Shown here piece after piece: positions 1 to 10,900 of a DNA stretch of 20,000 nucleotides. Source of the stretch: Coniocarpon cinnabarinum (taxonomy: Eukaryota). Location of the stretch: contig JAVECO010000134.1 in assembly GCA_051942205.1 (NCBI GenBank), positions 44,575 to 64,574 on the forward strand, given 5' to 3'. The translations under genes were made by a program, and so were the position numbers. Position 1 is the stretch's first letter. Each line of letters opens with the position of its first letter. The notes under the pieces were generated by a model that was given only the letters and a program-made list of their open reading frames with translations, had not been told where the DNA came from and ran no database searches.

Positions 1-1053
1 TTGGATCGGTACAGTGACGACAAGGATTTGCAGCTTGTCATGTCGAAATCGAGGAAGGATTAAACAAAGTAACAGTTGACCGAAGCTTCGAAGCAGGTTG
101 CAAGGAAGCAGAAGAGCGGGCACCGACTTTGATGCTAATGCTAAACGTTTCGAGCGTATGCCACACGAGACGGACTGTGAGGAGTAGGTCTGCTCGGATG
201 AGGTGAGCTGTATTAAAGCGGTCAGACTGGCATGTTAAGATCATCTCAAAATTGTTCTATTTCTGTGTGACACCGGCCAGCCAGGATGCTCGGAGACTTC
301 GGCAGACATGCACGCACGCAGGTGACTGTATTGGTGTTAAATTCTAAGGCCATTACTGCTGAACGCCCAAGTGTGAGGGGATTAGGACAAGTCAGAGCAT
401 TCAGTCACGATTCATTGCTTAAAAGGAAGAAGGCAGATTTCGACGTAATAGCAGCACATCATTTCCCTTTTTAGTGGCTAGGCTGACACGACCTCGCTCG
501 GCTTCCGGAGTTCCCACATACAGTGCCTAACGTGTGCACAGGTATTCTTTTCTCCTGCCGTTTGCACATCTTTGGTACTGGACAGGATGATTGGGATCGC
601 GAGCTCCCGCCTTCCAATGATATGCATGATGACGATCCAGTTGCCATCCAGATCTTTGTTGCGAACGGCAAGCATGCACAACAGCCTTACTGAAATCCTT
701 GCGTGGCCCGTAGAATGGTATGTTCACAGAGCAGGCTTCTTCGCCTTTGAAGTCGCTTCTACACCCACTCGAAAACAGACATCGCATGTGAGGGATCGAG
801 TGCTAGCGATGTGTTGAAGGTCGGAATCGTCCAACCGGATTGGAGCGTCCATCTCAGCCGCCTCCAGCTGCAGGGTCATTGCGCGTGACGCAAAGATCCT
901 GTCACCCTAGTTGCCTTGCTCTGGATTCATATTTCGCTGCGTTTGCGCTGTCTCAGACTTCCTTTACACGCCTGCAACGCCAACCATTGAGGCCAGTGCT
1001 CTTCCCAAATTGCGCTCTTGCAGCGTGAAATGTAGATGCGCTGAGTGCGCAAG

Positions 1054-2533
1054 ATGACCTACGCCAATGTGGGAAGTGTCATTGCCATCAGCGTACTATT
1101 TCCCGTCGTGGGCGCCTCCGCTCTACTTGCGCGTGCACATTCGAGGCGCTTAAAGAAGACCTCATTTGGCACGGATGGCATTTTGTGTGCCTTGGCCTGG
1201 GTATGGCTTCGTGTCTCGGAGAAGTATCACATTGGCTGATGCCGCGGCAGTTGCTTGTGACGGGCTGTGCGATATGCATGCTCATTGGTATATTGAACAG
1301 GAAAATTTGTTATGACAGCATAAAGTGTCAAACTCATGTGCATAGGCGTCTCGCAAAAGTCTTTGGGCCACCACTCTTCCACCAATAACTTGAATATTGA
1401 CCAGGTCGTCCAATTGAACAAGGTAGGAGTACTGGCTCTCGATGCAATGGCTATGATTCGCGGTTAACCACCCACAGACCCAGCTTGCTTTCAACTTCTT
1501 GTGGATCATTGGCGTATCTCTAGTAAAATTGTCTTTCTTGTTTTTCTACAAGCGAATATTTCGTGGACGCATGTTCGTGGTGGTCAACTGGTCACTCATC
1601 ATACTTGTCGTGGCGTGGTGGATTGTGATGCTCTGCTTGCAGATCTTCCCTTGTGGACGACATGTGGACGATGTTTGGTCTCCGACGCCTCCGTATCTGC
1701 AAAAACATTGCATAGACACGCTGTCGATGTTCTTCGGCAACGCCCTCAGCAGTTGCATCATCGATATTTTGATATTGGCTTTACCGATACCACTCGTAAG
1801 TCACTGCAATCGTTGAGTAGATGCTACTTGAGGCCGGTCACTAACAAACCAAATTCTAGGTCTGGAGATTGCATATGCCGTGGCGTCAAAAGCTGATGGT
1901 TTGCTTCGTCTTCGCCCTCGGGAGTTTGTATGTTCAGTGACATGTCTCCAATTCTGACATGTGGTTGCAAAAGCGAGAGAAAGCAGCTGACACAGGACGG
2001 CCAGATCCATCATCGCAGCCGCGTTTCGTCTCGCCATGTATGCGGGCATCTGGGCTGCAGTGACGCAGCACAAGCAGACTCACGTGCTTGGGACACTTTG
2101 GGACGATGATTTCGGTTCGTCGAGCCCATCGGATGCAGCGTCCACATAAAATATTGCACACTGACCCATGGCAGGTATCGCAACACAATTAGTGTTCTGG
2201 TCCATGATCGAATTAGGCATTGCGCAAACTGCGTGCTGCCTTCCTTCCCTCAGGCCTTTATTTGATCGCGTCTCAGTAGAGAGCATGCTCTCCGCCCTTC
2301 GTAGCAAACCCTCACTGTCATTCTTCAGGCCATTACCATCCGACAGCTCTCAGGTGCCTTCGCGAAACGGTCGAGGATCTCCTCAGCCATCCATCGACCT
2401 GGGGATTCTGGAGCAAGGCTCGTCTCATTTGATGTCAAGTGACCAAATGGCGCACTTTCAGAAACCTCAGCCTGGGCAGGTTGGGGTTAGGCGAGACATT
2501 GTAACATCCATTGACATTGTTCAGAGACAGTAG
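1054..2533 (+). CDS. PTH11-like / fungal rhodopsin-domain integral membrane protein (non-CFEM), ~371 aa, 7 exons: 1054-1200, 1251-1287, 1346-1422, 1478-1795, 1860-1927, 2005-2114, 2175-2533
   Basis: Six GT-AG introns join to an open frame of 1116 nt. Family-typical motifs include VKLSFLFFYKRIF, DILILALPIPLVWRLHMPWRQKL, FALG...AAAFRL and WSMIELGIAQTACCLPSLRPLF. There are multiple hydrophobic helices and a Ser/Pro-rich tail. The exon 6 acceptor could alternatively be at 1995 (in frame). Confidence 0.9.
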
Positions 2534-3996
2534 ACACGCTCACGGAATTCAAAGCAATAGAGCGTGTGCAGGAGACTTGCCATAATTGCGAGCACACGCG
2601 CCAGAACACTCCGTCTTCTCTCTGAAGGGTCTCCGACTTTTTTGTCCTACAACGGCTTGCGATTCGTGTTCACACCTACAGCGCAATCCTCTGATTACAA
2701 GATACAGCCTGGAAGCACACCTTAGAAACTCACACCCGTGAAACTTATCAGACCCTTTTGGACGAGAAACGCACGTGGGACACGTCCTTGGCAGTTGTTG
2801 TATAACACATAGGCATTGACGGCAACGTCTCCTGTCGAAGGGTGACGGCATGGAAGCTGGCCGTCGATCAGTTTCAGCTGTCCCGGTGTCCGTTGCCAAA
2901 CGAAGCGAAATCTACGTCATGGTACAGAGTACCTAGGTACTTACCTGCGCGCAAAGCGGAGGTATGTATGAGCATCCATACCTGTGGCATGTAATGCCCA
3001 CGTCAGCCTTCATTCTAGCACTCGACGGTCCTACACAATGCAGCGACGTGGAGTTTGTCCGTATATTGCAAATGCCCAGCATGCTTACAGTAGTACGGCA
3101 TGCAGGAAAGGCGCTGTCGTGAGCCTTTGAGCGGGTCGCGGGATATTGCCATGACCCGCGAGCGAGGCAGAAACCGGCACGCTGGGTGTGCACTGTGTGC
3201 CGTGTTGCATAAGGAGTCTTGCAATTTGAGAGCTCGCACAAATGTGATGGCGTGTACAGCTAGCAGGGATACATCGTAGTATAGGCGCTATACTCATTAC
3301 AGAGTTTGTCCCCACTCGAAGTCACCTTCTTTCTTCATTTTCAGCGCTTCTACTCTGGTATACGTTCGAGATATCAATAATCAATCTCCGCATTGTGTAT
3401 CACAATTCCGCCTTACAAAGTTAAGTGGGAAGCCACTTCGCGGTGGCGCGTGCTTCAGCTTGTCTCTGATCTTTACGTATTCTGCCACAGGAATTTAGGT
3501 GCAATGTACCAGGCCATGTCCGCATGCAGGGTACTCCGGACTCCGGATTCGAGCAGTGAGATCAAGCTGCTCCAGAACAGGCGTGACAGGATGCCCCGCA
3601 TGCGCTGCTCTTGACGCTTTTTGCAAGGCCAGTATCGAGACACTCACGCTGTCGTATTCAGTAAGTATCCAAAGCTCTGATACTAACTCGTATGATATTG
3701 TTGCCTTGTGGTGCTCTATTGCGCTACCATGCGTGGAGGTCAACGTGGCTTGATTACTGTTTCCTCTGCCTTCGTTCAGCCAATCCTCGGGTGACGGAGG
3801 AATTTCACGTCGGTAGTCTTATTTTATTTGTCGACAAGTTATTTCAGCACATCGAAGCAGAGCTTCATCGTCTGATTGTCACGTGTTGTAGCGACCTCGG
3901 TCATTTCAATCACCAACGACTACTGAGTAAATCCGTTATCATTCGAGCACAGCCCCGCTGCACTCCCTATCAATTCACGAGTAAGCAGACTGTGAC

Positions 3997-5994
3997 ATGT
4001 CTTCCAACCGCGCCAGTATCATAGAAGCGCTGCGAAACAGCGCCGCATCCCCTCACGTGTCACTGCCCGGGTCTGAGACCTACAACGCCACCGTATCCAG
4101 CTACTGGTCAAACCAAGAGAAGGAGGTCCGACCCACTTGCGTCATCCAGCCGACGTCTGTGTCTGTACTCGAGATAGCCATCAGCATCTTAGCACAGCGA
4201 CAAGCGTCTTTTGCTGTTCGCGGTGGCGGCCACCAGACATGGCCTGGCAGCGCGAATGCCGAGGGCGGAGTGGTCGTGGACTTGAGTCGTTTTGATGAGA
4301 TTTTTATGGATACTGAGGGTGATGAGGTCAAGGTCGGTGCAGGTGTGCGGTGGGGTCCGCTATATGACTATCTTAAGAAGAGAGGCCTGACGGTGGCGGG
4401 CGGACGAGTTGCAGCTCCCAGTGTGGTGGGCCTGGCACTTGGAGGTGAGTCATGCTCTGCGAGATGTCTCCTGTGTGGCTAGACTTGCTGTCGGCGACCA
4501 ACCTCTCCTGGAGCGATCCATTTGGGACAAATGGTGTCACAGCGCTCTGGATCTTTCCCTGGACGTCAGACTATCCGCTGGGGCAAAAAGAATTCTACTA
4601 ATGATCCCGCCTTATACACCATGGTTCAAGAATCTGTCATGAGAGCAATGTCTAAGTATCGTGGATCGTGGTTGTGCTGCTCCTGTCTCGGTCGCTGACA
4701 ATTACATCCCACGCAGGCGGTCTCTCTTACTTCAGCGCTAAAACAGGCTTCGTCTGTGACTCCGTCACGTCCTTCAACATCGTCCTCTACACCGGACGCT
4801 CCGTTTCAGCCTCTCCTCGAGCACTTCCGAAGCTATTCCAAGCCCTGAAAGGCGGGACCAACAACTTCGGGATTGTGACTTCCATAACCATGACCACGTT
4901 CCCGGACACTGACATCTGGGGTGGTTGTCTCGCGTATGACTACTCACATGTCGACGAGGTACTCACCGAGTTCTCTAGGATATTGGCTTCGTCGACAGGG
5001 GAGCAGGGCTCGTCGGAAAAGAGCTTTGACGAAAATGTCCACATGATTGCAAGTGCGGGATACGTGCAGCAATGGGATGCAAAGGGCGCGGGCGCGAGTC
5101 TGAAGTACACGGCGCCGGTGCAGAGCAAACCAAGAGTTTACGAGGGTTTTGGAGAGATTCCGAGAAGGAGCAATGCGGAAAGTGAAATTCGTTTGGCGCC
5201 GTTACAGGAGCATATGCTTGAGGAAGCGAGGTACACTGGTGGAGACATGCGGTATGTTCTTTCGGTTGCCTTTCTCAATCCTACCCCCTCTTTCATGTTG
5301 GAGTCCTTCACAGCTCGACAGACTCGCCTGTCTGAGGAGCCATATAACCCTTTGCAGGGGCAACAGCGCGCAATAAGCAAACACTACGCTAACGATAACC
5401 TCGAGACGGCTGTTCATCACGACGACGTTCCAGAACGACGTATCCACGCTGCATCAAAGCAAGTCAATTTGGGAAAAATCAACACCAAATCTAAAGAACG
5501 TCAAAAGCCTCGTGAGCTCCATCTTCTACAATGCCGTACACCCATATGCTCTCCGTGCGTCAAATGCCCGTGGTCCAAACGCATTGGGTCTTGCACACTA
5601 TTTAGACACGTCGAACCGCGCACTCATCATCGCCACTGTCTCCATGTTCTGGGAAAAGAAAGAAGACGACCGACTCGTGGTCGAGAGCGCACGAGATACC
5701 ATCAGAGAAATCGAGTATGTCGCGAAAGAGCAAGACTTGTATCATGGGTACAAGTTTGTCAATTACATGTGGAAGGGGCAGGACGTCATGCAGGGCCAGG
5801 TCGCGGAAACGCTTGCTCTACTGAAGCAGGTAAGGCAGGAGTATGATCCTCAGGGTACGGCAGCGGCACGCGTCCAGGGCACTTGGAGCTTTGATGATGA
5901 AGAGGAACCGGTCAAGAAGCCGAGCTTTGCGGCAAGCTCACTAAGCCGAATTTGTGGTGGGAGACTTTGCGGAAAAGCTGATGTACAAGATTAA
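3997..5994 (+). CDS. FAD-linked oxidoreductase (FAD_binding_4 / berberine-bridge-enzyme-like, VAO superfamily), ~523 aa, exons 3997-4444, 4717-5251, 5406-5994
   Basis: Motifs PTCVIQP, FAVRGGGH (flavinylation His), VKVGAGVRW, LALGGGLSYF (restored across intron 1), LFQALKGGTNNFGIVT and C-terminal YKFVNY...VRQEYDPQG. Introns are 4445-4716 (GTGAGT..CTGAC..CAG) and 5252-5405 (GTATGT..CTAAC..GAG). The spliced length of 1572 nt is in frame. Confidence 0.9.
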
Positions 5995-6508
5995 AATGAC
6001 ATACAGATCTGGCGGATGTCTCTAGTGCCTGGCTTCTGGCATTCCTTGCAGACCGCAACGTATCTCTCAATTTTCCCGGCAATTGAAAGGTGCTATGGTA
6101 CCTAGCTTTTGAGACCCAGGCACAGGTGGGCTATTTAGGATCAGCTTAGCGCTACCTTGTACTGTAGCATCTGACAGCAAAATCCCTCCTTGATTCTCAA
6201 GGTTCCTTTCTGGCGACGGGGAAGCCTCATGAATTGCAGAAGTCCACGTGTTTGTCTCAGCTTGGTGAAGATGGAATTTACCATTTTGGGATCACAGTTG
6301 TGGTGGGCAATATGCAGGCTGCGAAATGCGACGTGGTATCATCACTCACGCCTACGTGCAACTGGCACAGCTGCAACACCAGACACTAGTTTTGGATTAT
6401 GCATTACGACTTTCCATATCGCATCTGGTACCGATGTGGACCGCGTATTGGGCATGACCTTGCAGGGATACCAATGCTTGATTGCGCTTGAAGGTCGCTT
6501 GCCACTAG

Positions 6509-7870
6509 AGCGCAGACGCATCGACGACCTCATTCTCTCTTCATTGCGCCATATTGCAGCTCCCGGAACATGTACTGCAGCACATTTGGAGCAAGCTCCA
6601 TCCAGATGACTTTCGATCCATCACTGCCACATGTCGCCAAGCGTGTCGTATTGGGTATTTTCGATGCATCATCGATCTCTCCAAGATGCATCCAGCGACT
6701 GTGCTTCACGACATCTGGCGCCGCCCTCATTTGGCTAAAACCGTCCGTGTGTTGAAACTTGAGCAAAGTCGACCGCAGTACAAGAATCCGCCTCTCCATC
6801 AGATCCGAGAATGTCAACAAGCGCTTGTCGACAGAGCCAACGCGATTTCAGATACGCTATGGGTAACGGCTGAGGAGCAAGAGTGCTTGCTCAAAGGAAA
6901 CCCATCGGTCGCGTTGTGGCTTCTGTTGGCGCTTCTGCCAAACTTACAAGATGCCGAACTCATTGGTCAGGAGATCTCGCACAATGACACAGTGAGGCGC
7001 TTCCCTGCACTTATCGACTCTATGACAAGACACGTCGAAGGACCTGCACCACCGCTTTCACATCTGCGAACTTTGAAATTGGACCCGGATTTCCGGGACT
7101 GCTCGGTAGAGGCCCTCACTCTCTGGACCGCCTTACCAAATATCACGTGCATTCACGTTGATGGTCTCAACTCGGAATGCTTTTCGGCTGGAGCCCTACC
7201 AGGACCCGCAAATCAATTGATCCGCCCTTTTGCATCGTCCCTAGAAACTCTTCACATTACGTGCCACTCCGGAACTATATATTGTGATTCAACTTCAAGC
7301 TTTCGGTATATGCTGCAACAGCTGAAGCGCTTAAGAGAATTTGAGCTTGCTCACACATCGAGTCAATATGACTACCACATGCCCGGGATCCCTGACTATG
7401 CTGCTGCGGTCGTCGACGCGCTGTCGCAGGCGAATGGAAGCACGTTGGAGACATGGTCCTGAGAGGCCGCTCGGCCTTCCCAGGCGGAAAGGCAATAACT
7501 GGCTTTACCGGTCTTCAGGTGAGCTCAGCAGTTCACGTTGCATGTCTCTGATCTTAACGCTGTCACAGAAGCTCAAAAAGCTCGAAGTCCCGTGGTTTTG
7601 CCTGTTCGGTGCGAACAGGTTTGAGCGTATCCTGACAGGTCGGCCCTAGTGCATATACTTCCACCCACAATCGAACAGCTGACACTCGATCTGCGCGCAA
7701 TCAATGGATGGGTGCTTGAGTCACTTTTTGCCAATTGGTCGACTCACAAGCAGCGCAGACTGCCCAAACTACGGCGCATTATGTATACGAGTTTGGGAGA
7801 CATTTCAGGCATTCTAAGGAGCCTCACCAAGAATTCTCAGACACAGTGCACAGGGTTTGATGTGCGCTGA
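6509..7870 (+). pseudogene. F-box / leucine-rich-repeat-like protein gene with two apparent frameshifts (~7455 and ~7640); 5' exon uncertain
   Basis: N-terminal F-box-like ILQLPEHVLQHIWSKLHPDDFRSITATCR, then RPHLAKTVRVLKL, LLLALLPNLQDAEL and LRR-like units (LSHLRTLKL, SSLETLHI, LKRLREFEL). The main frame stops at 7460-7462. Protein-like sequence continues in another frame (VLRGRSAF...GFTGLQ), across an intron at 7519-7568 (GTGAGC..TTAAC..CAG) to KLKKLEVPW, and after a second shift to LVHILPPTIEQLTL. There is no in-frame ATG before the F-box; a possible upstream exon joins via intron 6445-6508. Confidence 0.6.
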
Positions 7871-7928
7871 GAGTTGGAGCACTAGTTACGTTGGTTCTTG
7901 CGAAGCGTCTCCCACACCACAGATCGCC

Positions 7929-7960
7929 CAAGAGATATTATCAAGAGATATTATCAAGAG
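7929..7960. repeat. 13-bp tandem repeat CAAGAGATATTAT x ~2.5
   Basis: Read directly: caagagatattat caagagatattat caagag. Confidence 0.9.
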
Positions 7961-8721
7961 CGTCAGGAACTAATTCTGCCGCTTGAGAGTTTCCGCTGCT
8001 CTTAGGGTTTCCACGCGGCTTATACTGGCGAATGAATACCTCCGCGTGTTTTGAAGTTTTGGCTCTTCCAATGCGAAGCGTATAAGCATTCACAACACCC
8101 GAGACAGCTCATTTCTCGGCATAGAGACTATCTGGCAATGTGCACCTCCATTGAGATTACGTCATGTGGTACCGCTGACTTCATATACCATCCTGAGATA
8201 ATGCAGAATTAGCAGTAAAACGAAACGAGATAAGTGGTGAAGGTGGATTGGACGCACTAAACCCTAACCCTCACCTCTTGTGCGGAAGTATAAGATAATC
8301 ACGTGACATTGATGAGCCGCTGTACCACAGCTCAGCTTGGCACACACATCGAGAGAGGATGCGTCTATCCTGACGAGGGCCGAAGATTGCAGACAGCAAG
8401 CTTGCCCTAAACTTGACGAGCGTTCTGGCATATCTCGCGAGCCGTCTCTGCAATGTTGGCATGAGGCCTGCATGCTCTAGGCCGCCCAGTGTCACATACG
8501 CCTGCGATATCATGCCACGTATCCGAATCCCTCCGCCCCTTTGATCGCAGTAGACATCGAGGCAGGCTGTTGAATGAGGGTACGTCGCCTGTTCGCATAT
8601 TCGGACATGCGACAAGCACGCTTTTGAGTCTGCGGCACGTGTCCCAGGAGGGAAGAACCGAAAGCCTCTTCATCGCTTCGATAAGTGCGCTCTGTTAACC
8701 TCCGATTGAGTGTCATTGGCG

Positions 8722-9242
8722 ATGTCTCTTCCACTCTGGCTATCATTCAAGCCAGACCTACCCAACCTTTTTGGCCAGGAACGCGAAGTGAAGTACACAG
8801 TCCCACGAGACGGAAAAATAGTGAAACTTGTTTGGACATATCCCAATAACGGAGGCCCGAACGGCAACGAATTCGAAAAGATTCGTAGACAAATTTCTCA
8901 GAAGCATCGGAAGTCTGAGGACAAGCCAGATATCATCAACCGTGAAATTCTTGATGCTATCCGCAAGGCTCTCCCTACTCCCAGCAAGAAGTTCTGGAAC
9001 GACGTCCCTGCTAATAGCTACGTGGACTGTACCGTCAGGTAGGCTTAGTCGTCCTGTGCTGTTCACCGACAACAGCGTCGCTGATGTTCGTCCAACTCAG
9101 AATCCAAGAAGGCTCGAGCGCACATGGAGGCACTTGGTCGTTTGAGCTTACTCTGAGGGAAAATCCGAAAGTGAGATGGCCTCCGCAATCAATGAATGCC
9201 AATCAGTGGCCCAACCCTCTTTCGTTCATTTTCGGCTCTTGA
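8722..9242 (+). CDS. Small hypothetical protein A (~152 aa), exons 8722-9038 and 9101-9242; member of local 3-gene family
   Basis: The ORF runs from ATG 8722 to a donor GTAGGC at 9039, with CTGAT branch and CAG acceptor at 9100, and continues to TGA 9240-9242. It shares DGKxVxhxWxY, KxFW and VDCTV^R motifs with B and C. Confidence 0.65.
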
Positions 9243-9320
9243 AACAGCTCATGGCTATTGCGGAAAAAGTTTGCCGAGGTTGAATATCGAATCAACTTAC
9301 GCATTGAAAATGCAGATCGA

Positions 9321-9590
9321 ATGAATGCATATGCTCGCGATCCCATACCTTTCCGCTCTTTCTTTGCCTTCTGTCAGCATTTGCTATGGCCCGGCTCGCG
9401 GCAACATGTTCGCGGCTCGCAGAATGATCCACATCCGCTATGGTGTTGCTTTGTGTTCCTTCGCCACTTCGTTGTGAAACGCAGTACGTAGCAATTCCCG
9501 AAGATTCCCTTGGCCAGGCCTTTACGCGCTGAACACGTCGCGCTGTCAGGAACCAGAGCATACATGTGGCCAAAGCCTGTCTCATTATAA
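9321..9590 (+). promoter_or_regulatory. Duplicated upstream block, copy 1 (upstream of gene B), ending in TATAA 9586-9590
   Basis: Collinear with 10520-10802. Shared blocks are ATGAATGC, CGGCTCGC x2 (9392, 9413), CCACAT, TTGTGAAACGCAGTACGTAGC (9472-9492), GAACAC, TCAGGAA, GTGGC and TATAA. TATA lies 103 nt before the ATG of B. Confidence 0.7.
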
Positions 9591-9688
9591 GGATTCTCTA
9601 TACAGCAGCTTTTATCCTCAGACAAACAGTCGAATAATCCTATCACAACATCACATACATATCATCAGCTTCTACACTTCTTTTTGTG

Positions 9689-10173
9689 ATGGCGAACTTG
9701 TTTGAATTTTGGCGTCAGGCCCCCCACACATTGCAGCACACCATCGATGGAAAGACAGTGACGATCCATTTCCATTACAGTTTGTATCAAACAATGGCGG
9801 ACCTCTTTACCAAAGAAGGTACTGCCTTCGAAGAAATGCTCCTCCACCATTTCCCTACCGAGGAAAAGTTCCCAGAATTTAAAGAGTTTTGGGATCAGGT
9901 CGTAGAAGGCGATGTGCTAGAATGTAAAGTGCAGTGAGTCGAGAATGATTTTACTTTACAAAGAAACGTAACTGAGTCTGCTTATCTCTTAGCCACGGAC
10001 CTACATGCAAAGGCCCAATCAGAGAGGATGTGTGGAAAGCGTCTAACCCCAGCGTGAAGTTTACTCATCACAGTACAGAGAAAGAGGAGAGGGAGAACAG
10101 GCCCAACAGTGGGGACGAGAGGAAAGAATCTACCCCAGAGTCAAGCAAGGGTTTTAAAAAGGAAGAGCATTAG
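9689..10173 (+). CDS. Small hypothetical protein B (~141 aa), exons 9689-9933 and 9993-10173; charged low-complexity C-tail
   Basis: ATG 9689, donor GTGAGT at 9934, TAG acceptor at 9992, open to TAG 10171-10173. Motifs TIDGKTVTIHFHYS, EFKEFWD and VLECKV^H, with an E/K/S-rich tail. Confidence 0.7.
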
Positions 10174-10519
10174 CTCGCGCAAATTAAAGCAGCGCACGAG
10201 GGACGATGCTGTGCCCGTAGGCTAATCATAAGCTGAAGCCACGCATTTATCTATCCAAGAACTCACGCCTTGACAAAGAGCTATCATCCCTGCGAATGTC
10301 AAATTACCCGTACATTATGTTCACAGTAGCCGCACGCTCCTCATGATTAAGACTTGATCGGGTGTGTCACGTTCAACTTACAAAGTGAATCTAGTCAATC
10401 ACATCACAACACAACATGCTTAGACAGGCGTATAAGTTGTAGGAGTATATCCTTTTTGGGGAATTTTAGGACTTGTACTTGTGCAACATGCAGTGCTTAT
10501 AAAGTCAGGTGCGGAGAAA

Positions 10520-10802
10520 ATGAATGCGCATGCTCACGACACCAGGCTTTTGCGCTCTCTTCACTCTTTTTCTTGTCCCTCTATGAGCGGGTATGCTGGC
10601 TCGGCTCGCGATGGCCTTGCACACGGCTCGCGGTATACTCCACATTCGCCACAGAGCTGCTCTGTGCTCCCTTGCCATTACCTTGTGAAACGCAATACGT
10701 AGCTTTCCCACGAAATCCTTGCGCCCGACCTCGAAATATGGAGTAAGAACACCTTGCGACATCAGGAAGCACAGAAGACACGTGGCTATTGCAAGCTATA
10801 AA
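10520..10802 (+). promoter_or_regulatory. Duplicated upstream block, copy 2 (upstream of gene C), ending in TATAAA 10797-10802
   Basis: Collinear with 9321-9590. It contains CGGCTCGCG at 10602 and 10624, TTGTGAAACGCAATACGTAGC at 10683-10703 (20/21 match to copy 1) and CACGTG at 10779-10784. TATA lies 104 nt before the ATG of C. Confidence 0.7.
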
Positions 10803-10900
10803 TGTTCGTCTTATTATATGCACCCTCTGAGTAGGAGCAGACGCCCTTGACATTATACTTGACATACGTCGTTAAGCTTGCTTTTGAGTCCCCTCTAAAG

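Noticed and set aside
1..1030. Several 60-86 aa ORFs on both strands at the left end
   Set aside because: No recognisable motifs or consistent splice model. Treated as intergenic or promoter sequence.
2549..3990. Short overlapping ORFs between the PTH11-like and oxidase genes
   Set aside because: Random-like Cys/Arg/Ser-rich translations, many with non-ATG starts and no family motifs.
5252..5846. C-terminal half of the listed 392-aa ORF 4668-5846
   Set aside because: This is read-through of intron 2 into the wrong frame. The conserved oxidase C-terminus is in the 5512-5994 frame.
8257..8275. Telomere-like CTAAACCCTAACCCTCACC, considered as a telomerase RNA template or interstitial telomere
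   Set aside because: Only about two imperfect CCCTAA units with no supporting structure. It could be chance or a Tbf1-like site.
9321..10802. Two long direct repeats considered as LTRs of a retroelement or as a CRISPR-like array
   Set aside because: The copies are too diverged, have no TG...CA ends or target-site duplication, and enclose no gag/pol. Each copy sits at a fixed distance from a paralogous gene, which fits tandem gene duplication.
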